Below the pieces are notes generated by a model. The model searched no databases, was not told the origin of the DNA, and saw only the letters and a list, made by a program, of their open reading frames with translations. The translations under genes were made by a program, and so were the position numbers. Of a DNA stretch of 64,000 bases, positions 26,141-40,782 are shown one piece after another; the stretch's first letter is position 1; the number at the start of each line of letters is the position of its first letter. Source of the stretch: the human T2T-CHM13v2.0 reference genome, Homo sapiens; the NCBI RefSeq assembly GCF_009914755.1, contig NC_060925.1, one strand, 5' to 3'.

Positions 26141-27017
26141 TGTATTCTTGATTCCTCTGCTCTTTCATACCCTGGGCACTGTTCCCACCCAGAGACCTTG
26201 ATGACTGACACACATGCTCTGTGGGCTGCTCTCTCAACAACTTGAACTCATGGTTCTGGTTCTTCTGTCCTTACTCATTTTCCTTATTCTACTTTTTGTT
26301 GCTCTAAATTCTTTCAACTCTTTATTTATCCTCTAAGACCCTGATTTCTTTGTTATCCTACCTCTGCTGCCCTGCTCTTTGCTCCTGGTTGCTTATTGTC
26401 TGGGTTGTCTATCTTCACCATTTCTCAGACCAGGGCCACCCCCCAAACCCAGTAGCACATGCTCTGCTACCAAGTTCCCAGACATGGCTGTTGGTCAGCA
26501 TCGTGGAATCTGAAGTTTGGAACAGACCAGAAAAGTCAGCTGGTCTATGTAATGCTAGTCTCTGGCACAACATCCATGCTATGAATAATTTCTCATCAAG
26601 TATAGAATTTAAGAGAATCAAGGGTATGGTAGTAATACTTTGGGTTTATAAACTTGTGTATATTTGGTTTAGGTGTTTTAGGAGACTTGGCCTTTAAAAG
26701 TTAAGAGGTCAGTCTGTGATTCCAAACTGAAATGTATAACTAATTGATTTAGACTTGTAATTTTGGGTTGAAATTTTATTGTTTATATAGTTTTCCAATA
26801 TTTGAGAGACACTAAGAAGCCATCTTTATTGTTTTAGTTTATTAGATTTATGAAAAGATTTTTCACACAATTACTCTATTTGAAAAGAAACCCAGAAACC
26901 CAATATATTAAATTCATAACTGCAGTTTAAAATATTTGAAGTGGGGTCTCCCTGCCACCCTATTTTAGAACATATCCCATTCCACCTTCCCTATTTTAAT
27001 TGACTTTATAGAAATTA

Positions 27018-27350
<333 letters not shown>

Positions 27351-28032
27351 TTACCACCTTCTAACATAGCATATAATTTGATAATTTGTTTGTTTACTTT
27401 GCTTATTTTCTGTCTTCTGTCCATTAGTATGTAAGCTTCATACTATGAGTATGTGTATGGGTCAACTGCAGATATTTTGTCTGTTTTGTTCCTGATATTC
27501 CCAGTGCCTAGACCAAAGACTGTCAACTGATATTTTTCAATGCATAAATAAATGAATAAGGTTTATAAGTTGAACCTAAACCATAAGCAGGAGAAGGGAT
27601 TTTTAAATGTGTCATTTTAATAAAGTATTATTTGTTAAAAATAATAAATTTCTGGGAACTCTTTTTAGACTGCAGAAATAACCCTCAAGTATATTTCAAA
27701 GTTTACATTTGAAATTTTGCAATTTCTCTCAGTTTCCTGGGCCAACAGGCCAGCTCTAATGTAGAACACATGATTGCTCACTAACAATTTTGTCATTCCT
27801 CAAAGACTCCCATTATCCTTTCTTTATAGTTAATTTTCAGCATGAATGTCATTCTCTTGGACAAGAAAAGCAGGAACAAAGCAAGATCCAAGGAGCTCCA
27901 CTGTTTATTACTCAGTGTTGCACTGTCAGGCCCAAATGGGGGACATATTAGCTTCTTCTTTTCTTGCTTTAATAAGAACTTGTATTTCAAAGACTTTTTT
28001 TGTTACAGTTTTTCTTTACAATTCAGTACATT

Positions 28033-28357
<325 letters not shown>

Positions 28358-28604
28358 TTAACTTTCCTGACACAGGTTCATGTCAACATGTCCTATTTAG
28401 CTCAGTTGCACATTGTACTATTCTTTTGAAGTCTAAACTCAAAGAGAGGTACTTGATACAGCTACACTGGCTTCTACAGATCCTCCCTCTCTTTTTCCAC
28501 ATCTGATTCAGTTCAGTTGCAGTCACAGCATAGACATCAGAAAAGCACCAACAGCTGCAAGACCATTAACACTGTAGCAGTCTTGACGGACATTGGTAGC
28601 ACAT

Positions 28605-29060
28605 ATTATTATCAATTGCCACAATAACATTACCTAACAAATAACCCTAAAACTCAGTGGCTTAAAACAATAACCAATTATTACTATTTATACATTTATA
28701 AATTGACTGGACAGTTCCAGTCTTGACTGAGTTCAGCAGGGCTCAGGTCTGTGTTCAGGTATGGGTCAATTGTAGCTTTCTTGATTTTAGCTATGCTCTC
28801 TCACATGTCTGCAGCTCAGCTGGGCCAACTAGACTGACTCAGCTCTGCTCCACATGGTCTCTCATCCTCTAGCAGCTCAGTACTGGCTTGTTCTCATGAT
28901 GGAAGCAGGGATCTGAAGGAGAGAGAGAGGTATGTGACACCTCCTAAGGCTTAGCCTCAGACCTAACTTCTATGGCATTCTGTTGGCCAGGGAAGGCCAC
29001 AAAGCCAGCCCAGATTCAAAGGGTGGGGAAGTAGATTTCTACAACTGCAAAGGGACCATT
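28605..29060 (-). mobile_element. Old MLT1 LTR
   Basis: 'aaaactcagtggcttaaaacaa...ctctgctccacatggtctctcatcc...gccagcccagattcaa'. Confidence 0.7.
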
Positions 29061-29869
29061 TCTAAAATAAATCTGCAAATAGCATAATTGCTTATTTGAA
29101 TGTTGACAGCCACAGAAGACACCACCAAAGTCATCCAGAGAAGTAGAAGAGGCTCTAAGATGATTCCACAGTGTACACAAAAGGATTAATCTCCTGAGCA
29201 TGTGCAGGCAACACTTGAGGAAGTCAGAACTGCTTGAAAGGATTTTGAAGAGAGTTCATTTTCCTGAAAAGCAAGAGGCAACAGAGCCTGGTTGTCAATG
29301 CTATTTGTTCACCCTAGCTGGTGAACTTAAAAATATGGGTGATATGGGAAGGTTTGTAGCACTCATAAAATCTAGGGCTCGGGTGTTGCACCAAAGTTGT
29401 GGAACATGCATAGCTCATTTTGTTCACATTACTGAATATTAGACCACATCCTGGGATATGATACGTAAGTGCTATGTAAGTGTGGGTTGCTTTTATGCAG
29501 CTTCTATGTGATGTGTATCAACATGTTTCACCAAATTAAGTCTATTGTGTCTGTAGTACCACATGGGATGATTTGAAGCAAACTATGCAGGCTGCTCTTG
29601 TCTGAGGAGCTTCCTGGTCACCATATTTCTAGTGCAAACTTCCTTCCTTGAGCCTTGAACTTTGTCAGTCCTTAGCCCTGAACCTGTCTGTCCACTCCTG
29701 TTCTGATTCATTTTCATCCCCTTGCCTCTGCTCTTTTGTTTGAGGAAGGAAATAAACCCAGGAAGCAATGCTTAAGAGGCAAAATTCTAAAAACAATCAA
29801 ACAAACAAAATTCCAGCTGCTACAGTTTAAAGCTCATTAATCCTTGAGGAGAGTGTAAATCACATATCA

Positions 29870-30530
29870 GTAACATTTTTAGAGGGGGATTTGGCAATAT
29901 CTATCAGCATTTAAAATGTGTACACCCTTTGTGTAGCAATTCCACTTTGGGGAATTTATAAATAAACTTGCACAAATGTGCAAGTGTGTGAGTGTGTGTG
30001 TGTGTCCATAGACATATCATCATACCAACTTATAAAGTGTGTTGATAGCAACATTGTAAGAGCAGGAAGCTAGAAATACATAAATGCCTATCAATAGGGC
30101 CTGCTTAAATACATGAAGACACATTCATACACTAAATTACCACACAGCCATTAAAAAGAGTGAGATAGATCTATGTGTCCTGATTCAGAAAGATGTCTAA
30201 GACATTGTTAAATTTTAAAAATCAAATTACAGAAGAGTGTAGTATGTTCCTTTTGTGTTTTAAAAAAATTAGGGGTATGTATGTACATATACACTATAAT
30301 TTTTTCTTTTTTTAACTTCCACTGTAAGTTCAGGGGTACATATGTAGCTTCATTACATAGGTCAACTTGTGTCATGGGGGTGAGCTATTAAGAGTTATGA
30401 CCTCTGGGGAAGGAGACTGGAAAGTTGTTGGGGGAGGCATTTTTTACTTATTACTCATTTACACTCACGGAAAATTTTTACCAACTTGCATAATTTACAC
30501 TTACAATTTTAAAATACATTTAAATATAAA
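29870..30530 (+). mobile_element. L1ME 3' fragment with a short antisense L1P/L1MA piece at about 30300-30380
   Basis: Degenerate L1 3' motifs (ttggcaatatctatca, gcaattccactttggg, cagccattaaaaag). Confidence 0.65.
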
Positions 30531-31365
30531 ACATATAATTAATCCAACAGAGTTATGTAAAGCATCTCCTATGTCCCAAGTCATTTGTATCAGTCTAGGT
30601 GCTTAGTTACTGCTGGTAGAAACCACTTTGTCAGTTTGAACATCAAGGGATTTGCTGTAAGACACTGGATAACTCACAGAACTGTTGGGAGAACTGGAGT
30701 GTTGAGTTCTAGATCAGACTTCCAGCAACATCTCTTAGAGCCACAGAATTGTGATGAGGAAGTTATCGCCACCACCATCCCAAACCCCCACACTTCCTCT
30801 GCCTCTACCCAGGCCCAGCCTTTTAGCACTCATTGTAAACCAAGCCATGCTCAGGTAAATCTGACCTGCAGGACCTAAGTCACACGTCTGTCCTCTATCA
30901 GCAAAGGAGGCTAAGAAATATAAGGATTTTTTAAAAAAAATTCTTACTTGAGAAAGTAAAACTCACAATGTGGAAAATACCAAAGTGTGGGGTGTGTTGT
31001 TTAAAGATGGGGACAGTTGTAAATGACAGCTATCTACTACACAGTGCTGTAGGTTCTCCCACTGGGATCCTACTCAATTAAGCATATTTTGTCAAGGAAA
31101 AAACGTATTCTAAAGTTGAGCTTGTGTCAGACTGAAGATGATTGCTAGCAGTGATCTGAATTATCCCTTAGTTAATCATTCTCTAATTAAGTGTGGGCAG
31201 CTTATCTGGCATAGATAATTAGAATTTTAAAGACCACTAAAATATAAGTAAATTCTGTTTTAGATGGTTTTCTCTCTGAGTACTAGAATAGTAATTACAG
31301 CTACCATTTATATTACGCTCATTATGTTATTAGGCACCATGCCAAGATCTTTAAACATAAAAAAG

Positions 31366-31747
31366 TGTGATGGTTAATTTTATGTGTCAACTTGACTGGG
31401 CTAGGAAGTGCCAAGATAGCTGGTAAAACATTATTTCTGAAAGTGTCTATGAGGGCATTTCCAGAAGAGATTAACATTTGAATCAGTAGACTGAGTCAAG
31501 GAGATTTCCTTCACCAATGTGGGAAGGTATCATCCAATCCGATGATGGCAAAAGTAGAACAAAAAGGCAGAGGAAGAGTGAACTCTCTCTTTCTTCTTTA
31601 ACCGGGACATCTATCTCCTGCCCTCAGATGTCAGAGCTCTTAGTTCTCCAGCTGAGACTTACAGCTCCCCTAGTTCTCAGGCCTTTGCATTCAAACTGAA
31701 TTACACTACCAGCTTTTCTTATTCACCAGCTTGCAGACAGCATATTC

Positions 31748-31786
<39 letters not shown>

Positions 31787-31796
31787 TCTATCTATC

Positions 31797-31835
<39 letters not shown>

Positions 31836-31901
31836 ATCTATCTATCTATCTATTATCTAGATATCCTGTTGGTTCTGTTTCTCTGGAGAATGCTGATTCA
31901 C
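31366..31901 (+). mobile_element. MLT2 (ERVL) solo LTR
   Basis: Begins tgtgatggttaattttatgtgtcaacttgactgg; ends ggttctgtttctctggagaatgctgattcaca. Confidence 0.88.
31752..31858. repeat. Compound microsatellite (CT)n(ATCT)n
   Basis: Seen directly, at the usual simple-repeat position inside MLT2. Confidence 0.95.
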
Positions 31902-31959
31902 ACAAAAGGAAAAAGAATCATTTAAAAAAATATTACAGCAGCCACCAACCCAACACTTA

Positions 31960-32366
31960 CTATATCAATCAGGGCTCAATAAAAGAAACAGGATAAGCAG
32001 AAGGTATGTAGTAACAGACTTATGGCAAGGAATTGGCTTATGCAATTGTGGGGTTGGCTAGACAAATCTGAAATCCACAGGGCAGGCTATCAGGAGAGCA
32101 CCCTGGAACTCTTGGGCATGGGCTGAAGGGGCCATTCCACACATGGAATTTCTTATTTAGGGAAGCTTCAGCTCTGCTCTTTCAGCCTTTAAAGTACTTT
32201 AGTCAGGCCCACCCAAATTATCTATAGGATAATCTCTCTTACAAAGTCAACTGATTATGGACTTTAGTCACATCTATGAAATATATTCACAGCAATACCT
32301 GTCTTAGTGTTTGCATAACTGGGGATTGTAGCCAAGCTAAATTGACACATAAAACTGACCATTACA
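31960..32366 (-). mobile_element. Second, older MLT2-type LTR in opposite orientation
   Basis: 'aaggaattggcttatgcaattgtggg...ttgacacataaaactgaccattaca'. Confidence 0.75.
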
Positions 32367-32528
32367 CCTACTACTACCAGCCATCCAGAAAAAGGTAGGG
32401 GACATTTTATTTTAAACAGACTGTTAATAGACTTCTTCAGTTATGTAAATAGGCCATTTGGCACTAAACTAGAATGAGAGTCATTGAGAGAAGAAAGCTT
32501 TCCATTCATTCAATTCATTCAACAAGTA

Positions 32529-33972
32529 CAGTAGTTTTTTCCTATAGGAGGAGATATGTTCCAAGAACCCCAGTGAGTGCCCGAAACCACAGGTAGTACC
32601 AAACCTGACTGTCATCAGCTGAAACACATTTCTGTTCATGTCTTGCACTCACAAATGTAATGCCTTTTCCATCTTAACTAAGCACTTGTCACACACTGTG
32701 GCTGTAATTTTTGCAGTTTGAAGTGCAACAACAAAACTAGTACAAATTTCTTTTTTCTTCTTCACAATTTCACAGACAGAAGATTGATTCTTACCATAGA
32801 TCTTGGCAACCTCAGTATAGGATTTTCTTTTTTTTTTTCCTTATTAAGCAAAGAACTGTCTCCTTTTTACTTAAAGGAAACACTTTGTGGCTTCTCTTTG
32901 GCATATCCAAATTGTTACCATCATTATTCTTGTATTTTGGTGCCATTACTAAGTAAAATAAGAGTTAATTGAACACAACCACTGTGCTACTACAACAAGC
33001 CATCTGATAATGAAGCCAGCTACTAAGTAACTAATGGACAGGCAGCATAGGCAGTGTGGAGAAGCTGGACAAAGGGAAGACTCACATCCAGGGCAGGACG
33101 GGACAAGATGGTGCAAGGACAGAGCAGGATGGTGCAAGATTTTGTAACACCTAAGGTTCTTGCCTAGCCACGCCAAAAAATTGGTGTGGCGGCTGACTGT
33201 GGCAAGTGATAGAGACACGGATGGAGAGAGAGAAAAAGCTGTAGGCTTTATTGAGCAGAGTGAAAGTACAAAGTTTCCACAGCATGGAAGGGGTCCCAAA
33301 CAGGTAGCCAGAGTTAGATTATACGATTGCCTTTTAAACTCTTTAAGGTGGGAAATACGTGCAGCGGGAAGATGTTACCAGAGCAAGAAACAAAGGCAGT
33401 AAATTATTTTGTGACATGTCCTAGATTTTGAGGAAAACCGGAATTGCAATTTAGGTTTTATCTACTTTATGACCTTGCAGTGGCATGGCAAAGGAGACAG
33501 GATCTTACAGGACTTTACAAAGTATGTTTACAAGGAATTGGAATTGGAAGTATAGACAAGGTCCGCTGGTCACAGAAAAACGGGCAGTTAACATTCCTTT
33601 TACTTTAGTTTCGGGGGAGAGGGAAGGGAGAGAGGGAGAGAGGACACAGGGAAATTTACAGCAAAATTTTTGCTGTTTACAGCTTTCTTGGGGAAGAAAA
33701 CACATGCACAAATCCCTTTGTTAGGAATATTTTAAGCATATATCTTCAGTATTATTCATCCAGGACTGAACTAAGTCCTGAGGCAGGAAATGAGTGAGTT
33801 TCACAGCTTTCTGAGCCCCTACTTGACCCAGGAAGCCCAGCTGGCCCCTCCTCTCAATTTGATCACACTACTAACAATAGTGTGCAACTTAAAACTTATA
33901 AATTGTTTATTTCTGGAATTTTTTATTTAATATTTTCAGACCTCAGCTCACCATGGGTAACTGCAACTGTGG
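32529..33972. mobile_element. MER44/Tigger7-derived DNA transposon, interrupted by an LTR at 33143-33856
   Basis: 'atgttccaagaaccccagtgagtgcccgaaaccacaggtagtaccaaacc'; resumes at 33857 with 'aaaacttataaattgtttatttctggaattttt'. Confidence 0.78.
33143..33856 (-). mobile_element. ERV1 solo LTR (LTR30-like, HERV-W9 group)
   Basis: TG...CA ends, 714 bp, 4-bp TSD ATTT; minus strand begins TGAGAGGAGGGGCCAGCTGGGCTTCCTGGGTC; subfamily from memory. Confidence 0.8.
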
Positions 33973-34097
33973 AATGCAGTGCCTTACTGTGTGCCATTGT
34001 TCTTGGTGTTTGGGATACATCAGGAAATAAAATAGACAAAGATTCCTGCCTCCATGAAATTTATATTCTTTGTATAATAAACTGGTGGCAATTTTGA

Positions 34098-34412
<315 letters not shown>

Positions 34413-34829
34413 CCAGGGGCAATTTTGAGTTTTCCATTGGCAGTTGGAGGAGATTGAAGTTTAGAGGCCCAGGATCCAAGAAAAAAGCTAAGAAAGACAG
34501 ATATGGGGGAAAGATGGATTCCAACATAGTGACAATTTGGGATTAAGAAAATGATGACCAGTGAGAAATCCCTTTGTGTTACTCACAGATGGCTATTAAG
34601 AATAATGAAACCCAGTAGTCCAATTTCCTGCTCTATTGTATTATCCTCTGTTATCCTCAAAGCATCTGCTGAAGTGAGTGACACACCCAGCTTTGAGTTA
34701 ATAAAGTGTGGTAGTGCCTATGAATGCAGCAAACTGGTGCAGACAAGGACAGCAGTCACAGGAGGTAAGGGGTTTGCAGGTGGTGAAGGAAGGGGATGGG
34801 AAGGGGGTGTCAGGTATTCAGCAAGAGTA

Positions 34830-35654
34830 TTGTATGAGTCAGGATTCTCCAGAGACAGAACCAGTAGGAGAGGAGATATGTTACACACACACACAAACAC
34901 ACACACACACACGAAGTCATGTATTGCTTAACAATAAGGATACATTATGAGAAATGCATCATTAGGCAATTTCGTTATTGTGTGAACATCACAGAATATA
35001 CTTACACAACCCTAGATGGAATTGCCTTCTATACATCTAGGCCATATGATTTAGCCTACTGTTCCTAACTTATAAACCTGTACAGCATGTTATTATACTG
35101 ACTACTCTAGGCAATTGTAACACAATGGTAACTATTTGTGTATCTAAACATAGAAAAGGTACAGTGAAAATATGATGGTATTGTAATCTTAGAGGACACC
35201 ATCATATATACAGTCTGTCACTGAATGAAGCATCATTATGGGTGCATGACTGTGTGTGTATATGTATATACACATATCTATATACATACACATCTATGAG
35301 TTAGGAGATTTATTTCAAGGAATTGGCTTACATAATTGTGGAGGCTGGTAAGTCCAAAATCTATAGGGCAGGTCAGCAGATCAGAAACCCTCCATCAGGA
35401 GCTGATGCTACAGTCTTAGGCAGATTTACTTCTCCCTACAGGAAACCTGTTTTGTTCTTAAGGCCTTAATGCCTTCCGAGTGGTTGGATCAGGCCTACCC
35501 ACATTATCTAGGCAATTGCCTTTATTCAGATTCAATGGATTGTAGATGTGAACCACATCCACAAAATGCCTTCATAGCAACACTTAGATTTATGTTTAAT
35601 AGACTAACTGGTTACTATAATCTGGCCAGGCTGACACATAAACCTAAACATCAC
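34830..35654 (-). mobile_element. MLT2-type LTR interrupted by Tigger3a
   Basis: tgtatgagtcaggattctccagagacagaaccagtagg ... ctgacacataaacctaaacatcaca. Confidence 0.8.
34914..35252. mobile_element. Tigger3a (MER7-family) DNA transposon
   Basis: Termini agtcatgtatt / gtgcatgactg; internal 'gagaaatgcatcattaggcaatttcg...gtgaacatca'. Confidence 0.82.
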
Positions 35655-36489
35655 AGGCAGGAAATTCAGAGTGATGCCCAGAAGAATCTAAGCCCCACAG
35701 GAGTCCTCTGAATATTGAGAACAGAACCAGATGTTTGTAAGATAGAACTTGAGACCATTTGTCTGTTAGTGTGTTAAAAAAAAAAAAAAAAGATCAACAC
35801 TTGGAAACAGGCAGCAGGATGACCGCATTTCCTGTGAGTACCCTTCTGGAGCACCATCTAGTAGGTCCACCCAAGGATTAGCTCATTCTCTGGAGGCATG
35901 CACACTTGTTTCACACACTGTTTACTATTGATTAAGAGATTCTACAACCCTGTCAGGGGGAAGGTAATATGTTGAAAATGATTCTTATCTGTCTGCAATG
36001 CAAATATTTTCTGTCTCATAATAATGAAAACAATTTCCACCCATAGGAAATATAATTCCCAAAAGTTACAGTCTTATTGACCTGTGGATTATTAGCCAGT
36101 GTTGTTACTTAATTTAGCAATGTTATTCTAGTATTATTTCTTTCTGACAATAAATATTTCTCTCTCTACCAGGCTCCTTTGTACCAGTTTTACAATTCTG
36201 ATGCTTCCATCATTAATGAGTTTAAAAGGTCTCTGACACATGTACATTCTATGTATGAGAGGTCTGTTTTTAGCTTTTGAAAATTGTGCTTTGACAAAAG
36301 GAAAGGGTAAAGGACCCCAGAAGGCTGAATAACTTTGGAGTATTTGGATGGTACTTACCTTATCCTGATTTTCATAAAACACAGCAGCTTAATATGATTA
36401 TTACTATTTTAATAAGTAAAGAAATAGAGACTCTCTAAAGTTAAAAATTTGCCCAGAACTATATAAATAATATGTGGTGGAGCTAGGAG

Positions 36490-36637
36490 CTGCTGGGGCT
36501 CAGAACACACATCAAAATATGACTATAAGAGATCAGAGTATACCACCTCAAAAAATATTTCTTTTGTATATTTTGAGCAGGTTATTTTGAGAAACTGCAG
36601 ACACAGTGGTAGCTCTGAAAAGCTGCCCTTTTGTAAA
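36490..36637 (+). mobile_element. MER34/MER39-like LTR 5' fragment
   Basis: 'tggggctcagaa...tatattttgagcaggttattttgagaaactgcagacaca'. Confidence 0.5.
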
Positions 36638-37253
36638 TGTCAGAGGCGTTTGAACCAGAGCAACTCCATCTTGACTAGTTGCTAGGTAAAATGAGGCTGA
36701 GACCTGCTGGGCTGCATTCCCAGGAGGCGAAGCATTGTAAGTTATAGGATGATAGGAGGTCAGCACCAGATACAAGTCACAAAGACCTTGCTGATAAAAT
36801 AGGTTGTGGTAAAGAAGACAGCCAAAACCCACCAAATCAAGAGGACAAGGAAAGTGACCTCTGGTCGTCCTCCCTGCTCATTATATGTTAACTGTAATGC
36901 ATTAGCATGTTAAAAAACACTTCCACAGTGCTGCGATGGCAATGTCAGGAAGTTAACCTATATGGTCTAAGAAGGGGAGGAACTCTCAGTTCTGGGAATT
37001 GCTCAGCTTTTTCCCAGAAAACTCATAAATAATCCTCCCCTTGTTTAGTATATAATCAAGAAATAACTATAAGTATTATCAGCCAAGAAGCCCAAGCTGC
37101 TGTTCTGCCTATGGAGTAGCCATTCTTTTATTCCTTTACATTCTTAGTAAAGTTGCTTTCACTTTACTCTGTGGACTTGCCTCGAATTCTTTCTTGAGCA
37201 AAGTCCAAGAATCCTCTCTTGGGGGTCCAGATTGGGAAACCTTTGTTGTAACA
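36638..37253 (+). mobile_element. MER41 (MER41B-like) solo LTR
   Basis: Begins tgtcagaggcgtttgaaccagagcaactccatcttg, ends gtaaca; 616 bp; tandem TTCN3GAA motifs. Confidence 0.9.
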
Positions 37254-37379
37254 TTATAGCAGAAACATGAATCGAAGACGTTCTAGAAGTCTAAATCTTT
37301 ATGCTATGCATGAATCTCTTCTATAAGACTCTTAATAGTAGTTACTCTCTTCAGTCTGACAGGACCTTCTTAATCATGT

Positions 37380-37938
37380 TGTCAGGGCCAAACAAAAACT
37401 TCCACTTCACCCTCTGAAGGTCTGCCAAAAAATCAACCGAAATAAGGCAGATTAATTGGAGAAAAGACATACAAATTTATTAATGTGCACGCAGGGGAGA
37501 GTCACAGAATAATTGCCCAATATCCCAGTGAGGCTCAAATACTTATTTAGCCTTATTTCAGAGTAAAGGGGGAAGATGGGGAATAAAGATAATTCTGTTT
37601 AAAGGCAATAAATGATTACTAGGGAGAATGAATGGGTCTAGCAACAGAGATTAACTTGTAAATGTTTCTCTTTGGAAATTGAGCCTGAGAGAGGGACATT
37701 ATCTTGTGAATGCACCTGTTCAGGCGTGATTACCTTCTTGGTCTTCTTTTCTGTGACAGATAATGAGAAAACCTGAAGAGGAAGGAAAAACAGTGTTCTC
37801 TTTGGTGGGTCCCTTCAGTTTTTATGTAGATAGGGGAAAAATCTCCTCCAGAATCTGTTGATTTCTAAAGGTCTTTCATTTAAAACACTCATTACACCAG
37901 GGGGTCATATTTTAGAATGAAGTTTTCTGTGCTCCTTC
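37380..37938 (-). mobile_element. MER4-group ERV1 LTR (subfamily uncertain)
   Basis: 'caccctctgaaggt...aaggcagattaattggagaaaagacatacaaatttatt'; TG...CA ends. Confidence 0.7.
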
Positions 37939-38898
37939 AATGTTCTCACAGTTTATTTTCTTTTCTGGCTCAGCCTTAGTATTCTCACCATTCTTGAAAA
38001 TGTCACACACTTCAGATCGTCAGCCTCCTAGACACTAGACCTTGATCATTTTGTGAATATCACTCTTCAGGTATGACATCCTGAATTGCATATGATAACA
38101 ATCTAGATTGGGCTGATAAATGAAATCTAGAGAACTATCAATCACCTTTCTTATTACAGAAAATGTTTCTTTATTTGGCCTATGATTGAATTAACTTTCT
38201 TGATAGTTTTGATAATTGATGGTAAATACTACTTTTGCATGCAAACAAAAAAAATCATGTTCTTTACATAGATATTATTTGTTTCACTACTTCTGGTTTT
38301 CTCCAGTCTTTTTGGCAGAAATGAAACAGAAATATGTGGCACAGATTTAAGAAATTCATGAAAGGAGGGCAGCAGCTCAGTGCAGTCTCTGTATTTATTT
38401 GGTTTACAGAAAAGGAAAGATATCCTTTGTAAAGTAGTTAAGCTAAGGCAGCCAGCTGTAAAGGGTCCTAGAGGACAAAAGATACGTAAAAAACAGAGAC
38501 CACAATTTGATTAACATAGCCTAGGAAATATATTAATGCAGATAGTCATTTGAAAGTTTCAAACTGAATTCCTGAACTGTCAAAATAAAATATTGCAATG
38601 ACAAAAAATAAAACTGTATTTTTCAAAACAAACCTGAATTTTGAAAATAAGCCATTTGTGTTTGGTTCCAAAAGAAGTTTAATTACAGGGGGAGCTACTT
38701 GTTTTAACAGCTGGATGCTAATGATTGCATGAGGACAATGATAATACATGTAAATGCAATAAAGTCATCCTTCATAGCAAGAATAGAACTAACCTCACCT
38801 GAAATTGGGGCATCTAGCTGAGTATATCAGGATTCTTCTGGTTGCAGAACCTATTCAAACTTGTTCGTCAGACAGAGGTTTCATCTGCCTGCAGGAAG

Positions 38899-39547
38899 TG
38901 TTCCTGGACGTAACCAAGGGTCAGGCTGCTTATTCTCATGGCCCAATAATGAGATGCAGATGAACTGGGAAAGAAGAGAGTTTATTTCTGCAACCAGCTT
39001 CAGGGAGAAGGCCAGGAAAATATTGCCAGACCAGCTCAAAATTACAAAGTTTTCCAAAGCTCATGTACCTTCTAAGTCTACGTGTAAGTGTGCATTCATC
39101 TAAAGACATAAGTGAGTAACTTTTTCTAATCTATAACTAAGGTCTGAGTCCTGAAGATCCTCTTCCAGAGCCTCAGTAAATTTAATCTAGATGGGTCCAG
39201 GTGCCGGGAGTGATTACCCTTATCTTGTCTCCTGCTAAATCATGGAGGTTTGGGGAGTTCTTAATAAAATTTGTTTGTGGAGGTCTGGGGAGTTTCTTCA
39301 GACCCCCAGTAAAATTTGTTTAATCCTAAACAGGTCCTGGTAAGAATTCCTTTCTTATCTTGTCATGCTTCAAGGCCCATGTCAGCCTGAGCGAGACTCT
39401 TGGTGGGCCTTTATTACTCATTCCAGCCTCTATGTAAAGACTCTGGCTCTCTCAGCCTTTAATATTTAACCTAACCATTCAGTCAGTGCTGAAACAGTTG
39501 TTAAGGAGTCCTGCCTGTTCAGCCTTTTTGAGACCTGGTCTGCCACA
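38899..39547 (-). mobile_element. ERV1 solo LTR (PABL-like)
   Basis: TG...CA ends, 649 bp, 4-bp TSD GAAG; minus strand begins TGTGGCAGACCAGGTCTCA; subfamily from memory. Confidence 0.8.
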
Positions 39548-39703
39548 GAAGGGCCCCAGGGTTGCCCATCAAGCTCCTTTGCAAGTTGGCATCCATTTAT
39601 TTTGCACTGTGATACAGTCATCCTATAGGCTGACATCTCTACACCCAGAGATCTGAGGCTCACAAAGTAATTTCTGGAAGATGCTCCCATTGGTCCATCT
39701 TAG

Positions 39704-40486
39704 TGATGAGAACAGGAGACAGAAAAATTCTAGGCAGAAAAGGGCAGGGTCCCTGGCCAGGACCCCACCCACAGGCCTGGAACCGCAGACCAAAGTGAGA
39801 ACTTTACATCCATTTTCCTGCTTGAATGTTGCCTTTTCCAAAACCACCCCACCCCTAATCCTGTACCCATAAAAACCCCAGGCTCCACTGGCAGACAGCA
39901 GAGAAGGGGAGAAGAGGAGAAGCAGCTGGACATTGAAGACTCTGGTTTGACATAAGAGAGAAGCAGCTTCACTTCAGAGGGACAACTTGACATTGGGACA
40001 TCAGGGGAAGAATGCCTTCTTCCTACTCCATCCCCTTTCCAGCTCCCCCTCTCACTGAGAGCCACTTCCATCAGCAATAAAATCCCCCACATTTACTATC
40101 CTTGAATTTGTGCAACCTGGTTTTTCCTGGACACCAGACAAGAGCTTGGGATACAGAAAACTGTCACACTAACCATCTGCCCTCATGAAAAGGCAGAGGG
40201 TCCACTGAGCTATTAAACACTGAAGCTGTCTGCAGACAGCAAAGCTAAAAGAGCACTGTAACACACTCCCTCTGGTGCTTCAGGGGTAACAGGTAGTCCC
40301 GTAGACACCGCCATCAGGCTACACGGAGTTTTGCTCCTTCCAGTACCCAAAAGCACTCACTCCAGCTTCTGCACCTGCTCACCTGCATGCTCCCCCTCCC
40401 ACGAGGGGTTGAAAGCTGCGGGCTGAGTAAGTGAGGCACCCCTGTCACAAGGCTTGAGAAGGGATCAAGGAAAATTTCCTGTTTCA
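39704..40486 (+). mobile_element. LTR1/LTR27-family ERV1 solo LTR
   Basis: tgatgagaacaggagacag...cctgtttca; cataaaa and aataaa signals; near-TSD TTAG/TTAT. Confidence 0.8.
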
Positions 40487-40635
40487 TTATGCTTTGTTCA
40501 TGCCTATCTCTGGACAAGCAACTATGGCCAGGGAAAAGGGGTTGTACAATATGTTCAGGAGAAGAGAAGAAGCTACTCTTTTGGCCATTTTGAACAATAG
40601 CCAATTCACCACACAGCATAATTAATGGTTTAGAA

Positions 40636-40782
40636 TTTTTTCTTCTTTTATTTTTTTCTTTCTGTAGAGACAGTATCTCATTGTGTTGCCCAAGCTGGTC
40701 TCGAACTCTTGGACTCAAGCAATCATCCTGCCTCAGCCTCCCAAAGTGCTGGGGTTATAGGCATGAGCCAACACGCCCTGCC
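40636..40782 (-). mobile_element. FLAM / Alu left monomer
   Basis: T-rich tail followed by one antisense Alu arm. Confidence 0.85.
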
